Notes under the pieces: generated by a model
Database searches by the model: none
What the model saw: the letters and a program-made list of their open reading frames with translations, nothing else
Told to the model about the DNA's origin: nothing
Shown: in pieces, positions 34,582 through 42,936 of the stretch
Numbering within the stretch: position 1 is the first letter of the stretch
How the letters are laid out: the number at the start of each line of letters is the position of its first letter
Origin: Verrucomicrobiota bacterium
GTDB taxonomy: Bacteria > Verrucomicrobiota > Verrucomicrobiia > Limisphaerales > UBA8199
Assembly (NCBI GenBank): GCA_037130375.1
Contig: JBAXTC010000002.1
Span: forward strand, 1-53,906
Direction of reading: 5' to 3'
DNA: 53,906 nucleotides
Program-made: the position numbers and the translations under genes

Positions 34582-35379
34582 ATGAAATGGGGCAATGACT
34601 CGAAAACCGGACAAAACGGCAGGGGAATCCTTGCGTTTACCTTGATTGAACTGTTGGTGGTCATAGCCATCATTGCGATTCTTGCAGCCTTGCTCCTGCC
34701 CGCGTTGAGCCGGGCTAAAGGGAAGGCGCAAGCGATGGGCTGCCTCAGCAATCTGCGGCAGATCGGCATTGGTTTCACGATGTACGCGAATGATTTCAAG
34801 GATACGATTCCCTGCTGGGGATGGCAGTTTCACGATCCTGCCTATGCCGGTCCGCCCGATCGGCAGATTCAGGGGACGGAGAAACAGGCGGATTTCAGCA
34901 CGGGCCTCCTGTGGAACTATGTGGCACGTTCTGCCGCGGTCTTTCGCTGCCCGACTTACACTATTCGTCAGCCAACCTCGCCGAGGTTTTGGGGGTTCAA
35001 TTCCACCACCCCTCCGTTGCCATATCCCCTGTGGGACTATTCTATCAATGGCCAGGCAGGCTACTCGTGCATCTCACCGGCACTCGTCAACAGCACCCTC
35101 GATCTCAAACTGAGCAGCCTCCATACGCCGCCAGCCAAAACACTCCTGGTAATGGAGCCGGATAATATGGCGTACGATAACGGCGTCACCCTTTTTGACG
35201 GCACGCTGGATCCCCTGAACCAGGATCATCTTGGAACTCGCTTCCATGCCGATGTTGGTTCCCTTACGTTTATGGATGGACACGCAAACAGCATGAAATG
35301 GAGAACCTACACCAACTCCACCTCGGGGCTGGAAAACGCCAAGCAGTTCTTTGGCGGCAGCTTCAATTTCTTCTGGTAA
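34582..35379 (+). CDS. Prepilin-type N-terminal domain / H-X9-DG pseudopilin-like protein (P5)
   Basis: MKWGNDSKTGQNGRGILA|[28 protein letters not shown]. The C-terminus has H-ADVGSLTFM-DG-H. It shares WGWQFHDP, FRCPTY and the C-terminal KQFFGGSFNFFW with P4 and P6. Confidence 0.9.
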   Translation: MKWGNDSKTGQNGRGILAFTLIELLVVIAIIAILAALLLPALSRAKGKAQAMGCLSNLRQIGIGFTMYANDFKDTIPCWGWQFHDPAYAGPPDRQIQGTEKQADFSTGLLWNYVARSAAVFRCPTYTIRQPTSPRFWGFNSTTPPLPYPLWDYSINGQAGYSCISPALVNSTLDLKLSSLHTPPAKTLLVMEPDNMAYDNGVTLFDGTLDPLNQDHLGTRFHADVGSLTFMDGHANSMKWRTYTNSTSGLENAKQFFGGSFNFFW

Positions 35380-35672
35380 TCCACTCGGGCAGGTGTTTTC
35401 CACGGTTTGACTTCTGAAAATTTGTCTGGTGGGGGCGCAGGGAAGCGGATCAGGGACCATTCAAGTGCGAAGCGGGCGTTGGCAGCCACTGAGCGTCATC
35501 ATGAAAACGAATACCTGTGGGCAATTGGTTTTGGGCACCAACAAGCGCACTCCGTGTTTGGAGTTGTACCAGAAACTGTCCGGGGAGACGTTGCGGCCCT
35601 TGAAATGACGACTATTCTCCAAGCTGAGTTTTGATTGTGCTCCGAGGTTTCCGGTCAAAGCGTGTTTCTTTG

Positions 35673-37865
35673 CTATTGCTGGATTTTGACCCGCAACAAT
35701 TCAGTCGGGTGATTCATCTGCCCGGTCCAGCTTGTGACCCCGCTCAAGCCGGGGAGGTTGGTAGCCACGGATGCCCAGGAAACCTCCTGCAGCAGGTTCG
35801 TGCAGCCCTCGATCGCATAGACTCTGCCGTTGGCACTTTGCCAGGTGAGCGCAAACCGGTTGCCCGGCAAGAGCGCCATTTGCGTCACCTGGAATGGCGG
35901 CGCGGGAATGGCCAATACCGGACCATAGCTGGTGAACGCCGCGCTGGAAGCCGCGCTCACCCACTCGGCCCACACCCAGTTGGCGGACCGGGCAACATTC
36001 GAAATCCGCACTTCATTCAGGCTCCCGTCAAAGTCATACGTGCGGTTGGTCGTGTGGTAGGTCGGGAGGGCGGCTAAACTCAGTTCATCCAGCGCGGTGT
36101 TGATCTGGCTTTGGCCCGTGGCGGCATTGTTCAGGCTGCCATCATAGTAAAGCTGCACCCCGCTCAAGTCACTCTGTCCGCTGGGCAAGACTGCCGCCAA
36201 CTGGTGCCACTGCCCATCCGAAGTCCAGGGAAAGGTCCGGCTTGCGCCGCAGTTCTCCACCCCCAACGCGTTGGCCGCACCATTGCCCCCGATCCATAGC
36301 CCAAAACGCTGGCCGGTCGTGTTGTTGCCATACCCAATAATCTCTTTGCCGGGAGACGCCGTCGCCGCCGCATTCTTCTTGAACCACGCCGAAACCGTGC
36401 GCGGGTTCGACCCGCCGGGCAGCGTCGCGCCGCTGCAACTGACGTAGCCGCCACTAAAACCGCAAGCGTTGGCAATCTCCCCGGCCACACCCCGCGTGCA
36501 AGCCCCGTAGGTGGTGTAAACCACTCCCACCGTGAGATTTGGGCTGGAATCGCGCGCAAATCCCCGCGCTTCGCTCAAATGCCATACGCTCACGTACCCG
36601 TTGGCCCACGTCGCGCCGTTGGTCAGGCAGGGAGCCGGCACGCTCGCCCGGTTGGAGTCGCCCCAGCAAGCCCCGATGGTCCTGATGGTCGCCAGTTGCG
36701 GCACCTGCACCCAAATATACGAATTGCCATACGGATTCCAGCTCTCGATTTCGTAGTTCAATTCCTGCGTGAACGTGGCATCGAGGAACAACAGGTCCCA
36801 GCCGTTGGTCGAGGCAAACTGGTTGTAACCAAACCCATTGCCCAATAGATTGGGACCAAACACCACCAGGGTCGGAAAGTTGGTTAAGGTCTCAACCCGG
36901 TTGTAGCCGGGGAAGGTGAGCTGCATTTTCTGCAGGGGAGCGTAGGCGCTGATGGCGATTCGGGCCGTGGCGGTGTTGCTGCTAATATCCTGCACCGTGA
37001 TCTGGGCAGTGTAGCGGCCACTGGCGGTGTAGGTGTGGGTTGGATTCTGGTTGGTGGAAGAGCCGCCGTCGCCAAAGGTCCAGGCATACCGGAGCGAACC
37101 ACCGTTGGTGGAAGTGCCCGTAGCCGAGAATTGCACGGCCAGCGGCGCAAGCCCCCTTGGAGGACTGGCGCTGGCCCAGACGGCTACTGGCGGAGTGGTG
37201 TAGTAAAGAATGGCTGATTGCTGAGGAGCCAACTGCACGAGCAAACCGGTGGTCATTAACTGGCTTCCGGTGTAGAGGCCCAGGGCACCACGATCAAAAT
37301 CCTGCACGTCATAAAGCTGGGCCGAGTTCAAGCCCTGCAACGGGAACTGCATCGAAGCAACGGGGCTATTGGTCCGCCGAAAAATCTGCACCACGCCCTG
37401 GCCGGTATCCGGCCGGTCGAATTGCCAAGCCATCCAAACCGTGTTCGTCAGGCTGTATGGCGTCAACGGATAATAATCGCCCAAAAGCATGCACGGCGCG
37501 ACCTTCTGGCACTCGCCATAGGCCTGCTGCTGTGCGGCGGTGTTGCCTGGCGAGAGCCCAAATGCCATCGCGAACGACGGCAGGTAGAAGCTGCGGAAAG
37601 AATACACGTCAAGAAAGTACGAACCGGAGCCATTAAAGGGCAGCCACGAGGAGAGGCCATAGGTTTGACACTGGTTCCCATCGACCACATTCGCCATCGA
37701 GGGCGATTGAAAATCACTGCGCGTGAGCGGCACGGCGCGGCGCATCGTCTCGAGGTCGTTGCGCCGGCCGCCCGAGGCGCAGGAGTCGATGCGCAAGCCG
37801 GGATTCATGGCCCGCAGCGCATCCCAATAGGCGAGGTGGTTTTGCACATAGTAGAAATAAAACAT
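35673..37865 (-). CDS. 5'-truncated GH36-like C-terminal region fused to PKD - DUF2341-like - LamG - shared C-terminal module (probably non-functional as a hydrolase)
   Basis: 730-aa ORF. Homology to the intact paralogues begins only at YVQNHLAYWDALRAMNPGLRIDSCASGGRRNDLETMRR, which is about residue 480 of the 703-aa paralogue. It has no signal peptide and no nucleophile motif. Next come PKD (LAVQFSATGTS...YAWTFGDGGSS...HTYTASGRYTAQITVQD), DUF2341-like (NYEIESWNPYGNSYIWVQVP) and LamG (FDGSLNEVRISNVARSANW). Confidence 0.7.
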   Translation of the reverse strand: MFYFYYVQNHLAYWDALRAMNPGLRIDSCASGGRRNDLETMRRAVPLTRSDFQSPSMANVVDGNQCQTYGLSSWLPFNGSGSYFLDVYSFRSFYLPSFAMAFGLSPGNTAAQQQAYGECQKVAPCMLLGDYYPLTPYSLTNTVWMAWQFDRPDTGQGVVQIFRRTNSPVASMQFPLQGLNSAQLYDVQDFDRGALGLYTGSQLMTTGLLVQLAPQQSAILYYTTPPVAVWASASPPRGLAPLAVQFSATGTSTNGGSLRYAWTFGDGGSSTNQNPTHTYTASGRYTAQITVQDISSNTATARIAISAYAPLQKMQLTFPGYNRVETLTNFPTLVVFGPNLLGNGFGYNQFASTNGWDLLFLDATFTQELNYEIESWNPYGNSYIWVQVPQLATIRTIGACWGDSNRASVPAPCLTNGATWANGYVSVWHLSEARGFARDSSPNLTVGVVYTTYGACTRGVAGEIANACGFSGGYVSCSGATLPGGSNPRTVSAWFKKNAAATASPGKEIIGYGNNTTGQRFGLWIGGNGAANALGVENCGASRTFPWTSDGQWHQLAAVLPSGQSDLSGVQLYYDGSLNNAATGQSQINTALDELSLAALPTYHTTNRTYDFDGSLNEVRISNVARSANWVWAEWVSAASSAAFTSYGPVLAIPAPPFQVTQMALLPGNRFALTWQSANGRVYAIEGCTNLLQEVSWASVATNLPGLSGVTSWTGQMNHPTELLRVKIQQ

Positions 37866-37975
37866 TCCGGAATAGGTTATGTTGCTCTAATCGTGTCGGG
37901 CGGCGTCGGCTTGCTCCTGCGGGCAAGGACGGTGTGCGACACAACCCACCAAACATAAAACTGAAATAAGAATAG

Positions 37976-39462
37976 ATGAAAACCAATCCGTGCCTCTCAA
38001 CATTCGTGGTAAAACTGTGTCTGGCGACCGCCGTAGCGGCCGTGGCCATCGGCACAGCTTCCGCCCAAATCAACGGCTCCGATCCTTCCCTTAGGATCTG
38101 GCTGAAATCCGACACGCTTTCCGGCACCGTTGTGTCCAATTGGCTGGACAGCAGCAGTTGGGGGACCCTGATGCAGCCCCCACCGCTGCCCGCCGCCGAT
38201 ACCTGGAATGACGCCTCGAACCATATACCTCAGGTTGTCGAAGTTAACAATAACGGTCTGACATCTTTGTGCCGGTCGTAACCGCTATACCCCCGAAGGG
38301 TAATCTGCTGCTCTGGCTGGCTGCGGATACAAACGCGCTGACTTTTGGCAGCGGCGACTTGGCGAATTCGGTTTATGAATGGGACGACATGTCCGGCACG
38401 GCCCACAACGCGATGCCACCCAACAATGGCGCCGAAGCGTTGCCCATTCTGGGAGCGGCACCGTTCCCCAATGCGGTTCACCCGGTGCTCCACTTCTACG
38501 GCAACAACGCCCTCCAGCCGGTGAATTCCCCGGACTTTTATGTGCAGAATTTCACCGTCTATCTGGTAGGCAGTGTGGATAACACCAAGGCGTCCCGGGA
38601 TTGGATTGGCAGTTGGGAAGGCTGGTGCCTCGGAACGAGCGACGGCAGCGCCGGCGTCATTAAATGGGTAACCCACACCACCGCGGGGGATTTCAGCATG
38701 GAACCGGCGGCAAGCTTCATGCCCTTTATGGTGCCTGCTTTTATCGCTGGGACGTTCTCCAATCCTGGCAATAAGACCTTGGCCGTTAACGGTGCGGTGC
38801 TCGGTGTCCAATCGAACACAGCGCCGATTAATTACAGCACGGATCGAGGGGTGGCCATAGGGTCGCTCTTTTTTGACTCTTTGACCCAGCCCTTGGTTGG
38901 AGACATCGCCGAGATTCTGATCTACACCAACGTCTCGGCGGCCCAGGATGCGGGGGTGCAAGCGTATATCGCCAGCAAGTATTTCACGCCGTCAACGGTC
39001 GCTCCCAAGCTGTCGTCTGCGTCCAGCAGCGCTGCTCAGAATACCACCGTCAGGGTCGTATTCTCGGGGAATGTCAGCGCAACCACGGCCGGCAACCCGG
39101 CGAACTATGCAATTGACCACGGCGTGAGCGTGAGTGCCGCCACGGTGGTTAATGGAACCACGGTGAATCTCACCACATCCGTCCTGAATTCGGGTCCGGT
39201 CTATAATCTGACGGTGAACGGCGTCGCGGATTGGGCAGGCAACGCCCTGGCGGCCAACTCCAAGATCGCGGTCAGCGGTATTCCGGTGCTGCTCGACATC
39301 CAAAAACAGGGGACAGCAATCTCGATTAAGTGGGATGCACCGGGCTGGAAGCTCCAGTCAAGCGGCCCCCTCGGGGGATCGTGGTCCAATGTGACGGGGG
39401 CATCGAGTCCTTATCCGGTCACGCCGACGGGGACGCCTACGTTCTATCGACTCAGTGAGTAG
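37976..39462 (+). pseudogene. LamG/Ig-like giant-protein paralogue with a large internal deletion and frameshift (ORFs 37976..38281 and 38269..39462)
   Basis: ORF1 is the signal peptide plus the start of LamG-1 (AQINGSDPSLRIWLKSDTLSG...VEVNNNGLT), matching residues ~30-96 of the paralogues. At 38262/38263 the sequence jumps to IFVPVVTAIPPKGNLLLWLAAD, which corresponds to ATIFVPVVAEAPPSANRLLWLAGD at about residue 505 of the 887-aa paralogue. The jump is in a different frame (2-nt offset). The C-terminal half is otherwise intact and ends ...ISIKWDAPGWKLQSS...TFYRLSE. Confidence 0.75.
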
Positions 39463-39479
39463 AATCTGAGCTGTGCAAA

Positions 39480-39524
39480 CCTGCATCGTGGCGGGAACTC
39501 GCCGCGATGCAGGAATAGTTTTTT
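39480..39524 (+). terminator. Rho-independent terminator after the deleted LamG paralogue
   Basis: The 14-bp stem is CCTGCATCGTGGCG / CGCCGCGATGCAGG (one G.U), with a 6-nt loop ggaact. It is followed by AATAGTTTTTTGACC, with the T6 tract at 39519-39524. Its arm sequence is related to the hairpin at 21053-21089. Confidence 0.75.
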
Positions 39525-39600
39525 GACCATCTTGCGGCATGCAAGCACTTAAGAAAAGGAAAGTAGCACCGCAAGGTGGTATGTGGAAGGGTACATTAGT

Positions 39601-40383
39601 ATGAGAGGCCAAAAGAAAACGGGCAGGGTCGCACTTGCCTTTACGCTAATTGAATTGCTGGTGGTCATCGCTATCATCGCCATCCTCGCGGCCTTGCTCC
39701 TCCCGGCCTTGAGCAAGGCCAAAGGCAAAGCGCAATCGGTGGCGTGCCGCAGCAATATGCGCCAAATCGGCATCGGCTTCATGATGTACGCGCAGGACTT
39801 CAAAGATTATATCCCGGGCTGGGGATGGCAGTTCCACGAACCGAGCTATGCTGATCCGCCCGATCGGCGGATTCAAGGCGCGGAACATCAGGCCGACCTT
39901 ACGACGGGTGTCTTATGGAATTACGTAGGGAAGTCCGCTGGCGTATTTCGCTGCCCCGCTTACGCATTGCGCAAGCCCAGCACGCAGCGTTTTTGGGGGT
40001 TCAATTCCACGACCCCTCCTCTAGCATACCCACAGTGGAGCTATGTGGAAAACGGGCAGGCGGGCCTGTCGTGCCGCGGACTGAATCCACCCAACAACAG
40101 TATTGACGTGAAAATGTCTGGCCTTCATACCCCACCAGCCACAACCTGCCTGGTCATCGAGTGCGAGGATGGCCAGATGGACAATGGCATCGTCCTCTTC
40201 GATGGCAATGCAAGTCCCATGGACCAGGACCATCTTGGAACCAAATATCACAGTGAGAATGGCAGTATCGCATTCATGGATGGGCACGCCGTCGGCATGA
40301 AATGGAGACAATATACCAATGCCGTGATGGGGTTGGAGAATTGCAAGCAGTTCTTTGGCGGGAGTTACGGCTTTTATTGGTAA
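39601..40383 (+). CDS. Prepilin-type N-terminal domain / H-X9-DG pseudopilin-like protein (P6)
   Basis: The ORF track starts at GTG 39583. ATG at 39601 gives a 13-aa leader MRGQKKTGRVALA|[28 protein letters not shown], with GGAAGG 10 nt upstream. The C-terminus has H-SENGSIAFM-DG-H. Confidence 0.88.
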   Translation: MRGQKKTGRVALAFTLIELLVVIAIIAILAALLLPALSKAKGKAQSVACRSNMRQIGIGFMMYAQDFKDYIPGWGWQFHEPSYADPPDRRIQGAEHQADLTTGVLWNYVGKSAGVFRCPAYALRKPSTQRFWGFNSTTPPLAYPQWSYVENGQAGLSCRGLNPPNNSIDVKMSGLHTPPATTCLVIECEDGQMDNGIVLFDGNASPMDQDHLGTKYHSENGSIAFMDGHAVGMKWRQYTNAVMGLENCKQFFGGSYGFYW

Positions 40384-40406
40384 TTGTGGATTGGGGTTGA
40401 AGTTGT

Positions 40407-40434
40407 CACGGGGCTCCGGCTCCGTGGCTTTTCT
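40407..40434 (+). terminator. Rho-independent terminator-like hairpin after P6
   Basis: CACGGGGC-tccg-GCTCCGTG forms an 8-bp stem (one G.U) with a tetraloop. It is followed by GCTTTTCT and lies 24 nt after the P6 stop. Confidence 0.5.
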
Positions 40435-40481
40435 ATTGGCTAGCGAAGAGAAGCACAGCCGGGATGGGGACGCGGGGGGGC

Positions 40482-40643
40482 TTACTGCGCCCCAGGAAGT
40501 TCGAGCAATCTTCGGGGCAAGTCACGCTCAACCGCATCGAGGTAACGATCAGCCACTTCCCAGCCCGCCTTGGTCAGATACCAATCGAACTGGCGCTCAA
40601 CATCGGCAATGAAATCGTCCGCCTTCTCCACAACCGCAAGGCG
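40482..40643 (-). pseudogene. Possible ParE/RelE-type toxin gene remnant (N-terminal half only)
   Basis: My translation is RLAVVEKADDFIADVERQFDWYLTKAGWEVADRYLDAVERDLPRRLLELPGAQ*. It resembles the first ~50 residues of ParE-like toxins (A-x-x-D...Y...A-x-R...P-x-x-G), but the C-terminal half is missing. An upstream in-frame 21-codon ORF (40647..40709) ends in TGA immediately before it. Confidence 0.3.
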
Positions 40644-40842
40644 TCAGACGGCAGATTGGTCCGGCCTACCCTGCGAGGCGCGCTTCTGGGATTCAATTAT
40701 TCCATGCATTCTAACCGATCTCCGTGGAGGCGCAAATGCTAAATGGCGCTGTAGTGCTTGGTATTTCTGGGCTTTTTTGCATGCCCGGTTTCCAGCCAAA
40801 AAGATGTGGGTAAAGATCAGAGGTGGTTTGGGGGGAAACCGC

Positions 40843-41685
40843 TTAATTCGAAAGTCTCTTCTGAGTTTCTGCGGTGATCAACGCGCCGAGCAATGCATTG
40901 CCATACACCGAAGGGTGTACTCCGTCATAGGCGAACGCGGTAGCTCCTTGGCCGACGCGAAATCCGCTTTCGAGCGGGGCTAGATCGATCAGATATACTC
41001 GTTGGTCTCCGGCCTGGTTGCGGGCCGAGACGGCTGAGCGCACTTCGGCCATGTGCCAGCCCAAAGGCGGTACCACACAGAAAACGGCAGCCCGGCCACA
41101 GGCCTTGCGCAGCGCTATCAACCAGCGGATGTAATCAGCCGTGATATCGATTCCCGGGTCATTGGTCCCCAGCGCGCAAAATACGTAATCCGGTTCGGGC
41201 GAAAGCAAGCCATTGACTAATCTCGAGGTGGTGGCATCGTAAAGATCCCAGATCTGGTGCATGGGCGGCAGTTCCAGTTTGGCATTGCTCATCCCCCAGC
41301 CGCCCGAGCCAAGTTGGCCGTATTCGCAATCGAGGGCTGCGCAGACCAGCGGGAACCAGGTCGCGCGAGCATTGTTAACGTCAATGATGCTTCACGAAGT
41401 GCCTTGGACCGCCGCCTTGAGGTAGGCCCCGGGCATGGTCGCCTCGACCTGGACGGTTGACTTGGTCTGCAAGCGCTTCCAGACGTAGGGTGCAAGAAAG
41501 AGGTTCGGGTGGGCGCAGTCGATGATTTTGCAGGCCTTTGCGTCCGTACTGGCCGCGGCCGCGGACGAAGAAAGCATTGAAGCCATTGGAAGCAGGACAA
41601 TCATTTTCACAGCATGTTGGCAGACTCGCATTGAGCGTGACCACACGCCCCTCAGATTCCCTGAACTAATATTATCGGTTTTCAT
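40843..41685 (-). pseudogene. SGNH/GDSL-type hydrolase gene interrupted by a single in-frame TGA (41392..41394)
   Basis: ORFs 41392..41685 and 40843..41292 are in the same frame, and the 96 nt between them are also open. Read-through gives ...AYLKAAVQGTS*SIIDVNNARATWFPLVCAALDCEYGQLGSGGWGMSNAK... Block III (ALGTNDPG) and block V (YDGVHPS) are present. I cannot find a canonical block I GDS. Confidence 0.65.
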
Positions 41686-41737
41686 TACTCGTGTTTCGGT
41701 CAGCCGTTATTTTTCTACCAATCGCAGCTTCTCCTGC

Positions 41738-42908
41738 TCACTTCGGTTCATAAAACAGCAGCCGGGAGCCGGGCGCGGTCGCTACTTTCACGAACAAGGT
41801 CTGCAGCTCTTTACCCTGGATATCTCGGGTCTCCCCGGTCTCCTGGTCCGTCAGGCGATACGTCTTTGCCAAATGAATGGCAGGTCGGCGTCGGAGGAAC
41901 GTCCGCCGTGGCCGCCAAAGGTGTGGCGGGAGTTGGGTGTCAGCAGGGTGTCGATGGAAGTAAAATCGTCGCTCCAGGCGCGGCTGCCGCGCGAATGGCG
42001 CAGGATGAACTCGCGTTTTTCAGATTCGGGCTTGAGAAAACGGTCATCCAATACCTGCAGATCCTCCAGCAGAGGAGACTCCTTCCCGCTGCGATTCGTC
42101 ACTCGCACCACCCAATCCACGGCGGGAGAACGCTCAAACAAAGTGGCTTCGCAGGTCAGCTCCAGCCCGGTCTTTGGGTCGGTGGCGGTGATGGTCCGCT
42201 TGCGTGTACCCTCACCGACAATCGTTTCCGTGTGGGTAAACTTCCACTTCCGCAGCAGCCGGGACGAGGGCTGGTCATCGAGTGTGAAGGAAACGGGCAT
42301 CGTCTGGTTCTGGAAGTGATGGGCAAGCCATCCTTCGACATCGCTCATCTCATCGGGCGCGCCCTTTTCAGTCGGGGCGAAGCCGGCCAAATCGCGCACG
42401 GACGCGGGGTCCTCGCGCACGACTCTGAAGCCATTGAAACTGAAGCAACCTTTGGTGTCCGAGGTGCCGTAGCGTCGTGAGCAAGTGTGAAATGACAGTG
42501 GGTGATAGGCACATACCGGCCCGTTTGTTGCTCGATCGGCGCAAATGCCAGGTTCACCAGCGTGCCCCAGGAAGTGTCGTCTGCATGCGACGCGTCCTTT
42601 GGTACAATGAAGGTCCCGTCCAATTTGACCCCGCCGCAGTCATTGAGGAACTCGCAATACTCCTGGGCCGTGACCATGTGGGGCGACAGCCAGTAACGGC
42701 TCAGGGTGACCGGATGGGCCGGTTGCTCATCTTGGCGTCCGCCCCCGGTGCCGTCGCCCATGAGGAAAACCTGAGCGGGAATCCAGCCGGGGGCGTCGCA
42801 CTTGGTCTCAACCGCCTCAGCCGATGAGCCAGCCCCAAGCAGCAGAGTTGCCATGAGCCATATACAGAATCCAGAATCTGAAGCTCGAAACATCTTCACT
42901 GAGGTCAT
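41738..42908 (-). pseudogene. Decayed gene: FGE-sulfatase-like domain + GH36-like N-terminal domain + last ~45 codons of a GH36-like gene, with frameshifts and a large internal deletion
   Basis: 42345..42908 has a signal peptide plus VFLMGDGTGGGRQDEQPAHPVTLSRYWLSPHMVTAQEYCEFL, an FGE/SUMF1-type motif. 41851..42420 (other frame) has ...MPVSFTLDDQPSSRLLRKWKF...SPAVDWVVRVTNRS..., the GH36-like N-domain. My translation of 41738..41866 in a third frame gives AKTYRLTDQETGETRDIQGKELQTLFVKVATAPGSRLLFYEPK*, matching the paralogues' C-terminal ends. The catalytic barrel is absent. Confidence 0.7.
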
Positions 42909-42936
42909 ACGAATGCGCGCCGCTCGGAGAGCAATA

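Noticed and set aside
35380-35672. Small ORFs 35407-35634(+), 35461-35658(-) and 35307-35489(-) in the convergent gap between P5 and the truncated GH36-like gene
   Set aside because: I see no recognisable motif, start context or conservation with anything else in the window. This is possibly more relic DNA, but I cannot support a call.
19236-40383. IS elements, integrases, recombinases, or long inverted/direct terminal repeats as the cause of the cassette duplications and the inversion
   Set aside because: No ORF in any frame shows DDE transposase, tyrosine/serine recombinase or HNH-type motifs that I can recognise. The pseudopilin 5' ends, although identical at the protein level ([24 protein letters not shown]), differ at many synonymous sites, so they are poor recombination substrates. 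The mechanism remains unexplained.
41392-41394. In-frame TGA in the SGNH gene (and a TGA at 40644-40646 between two in-frame ORFs) as selenocysteine, Trp/Gly recoding or programmed read-through
   Set aside because: TGA clearly terminates well-supported genes in this window (AraC at 9033-9035, the GPH transporter at 9043-9045, the 1161-aa protein at 14252-14254). So the code is standard. The only downstream hairpin I could fold starts about 27 nt after the TGA and has no SECIS-like features I can vouch for. SGNH hydrolases are not known selenoproteins, and the gene also seems to lack its GDS block. A nonsense mutation in a decaying gene is simpler.
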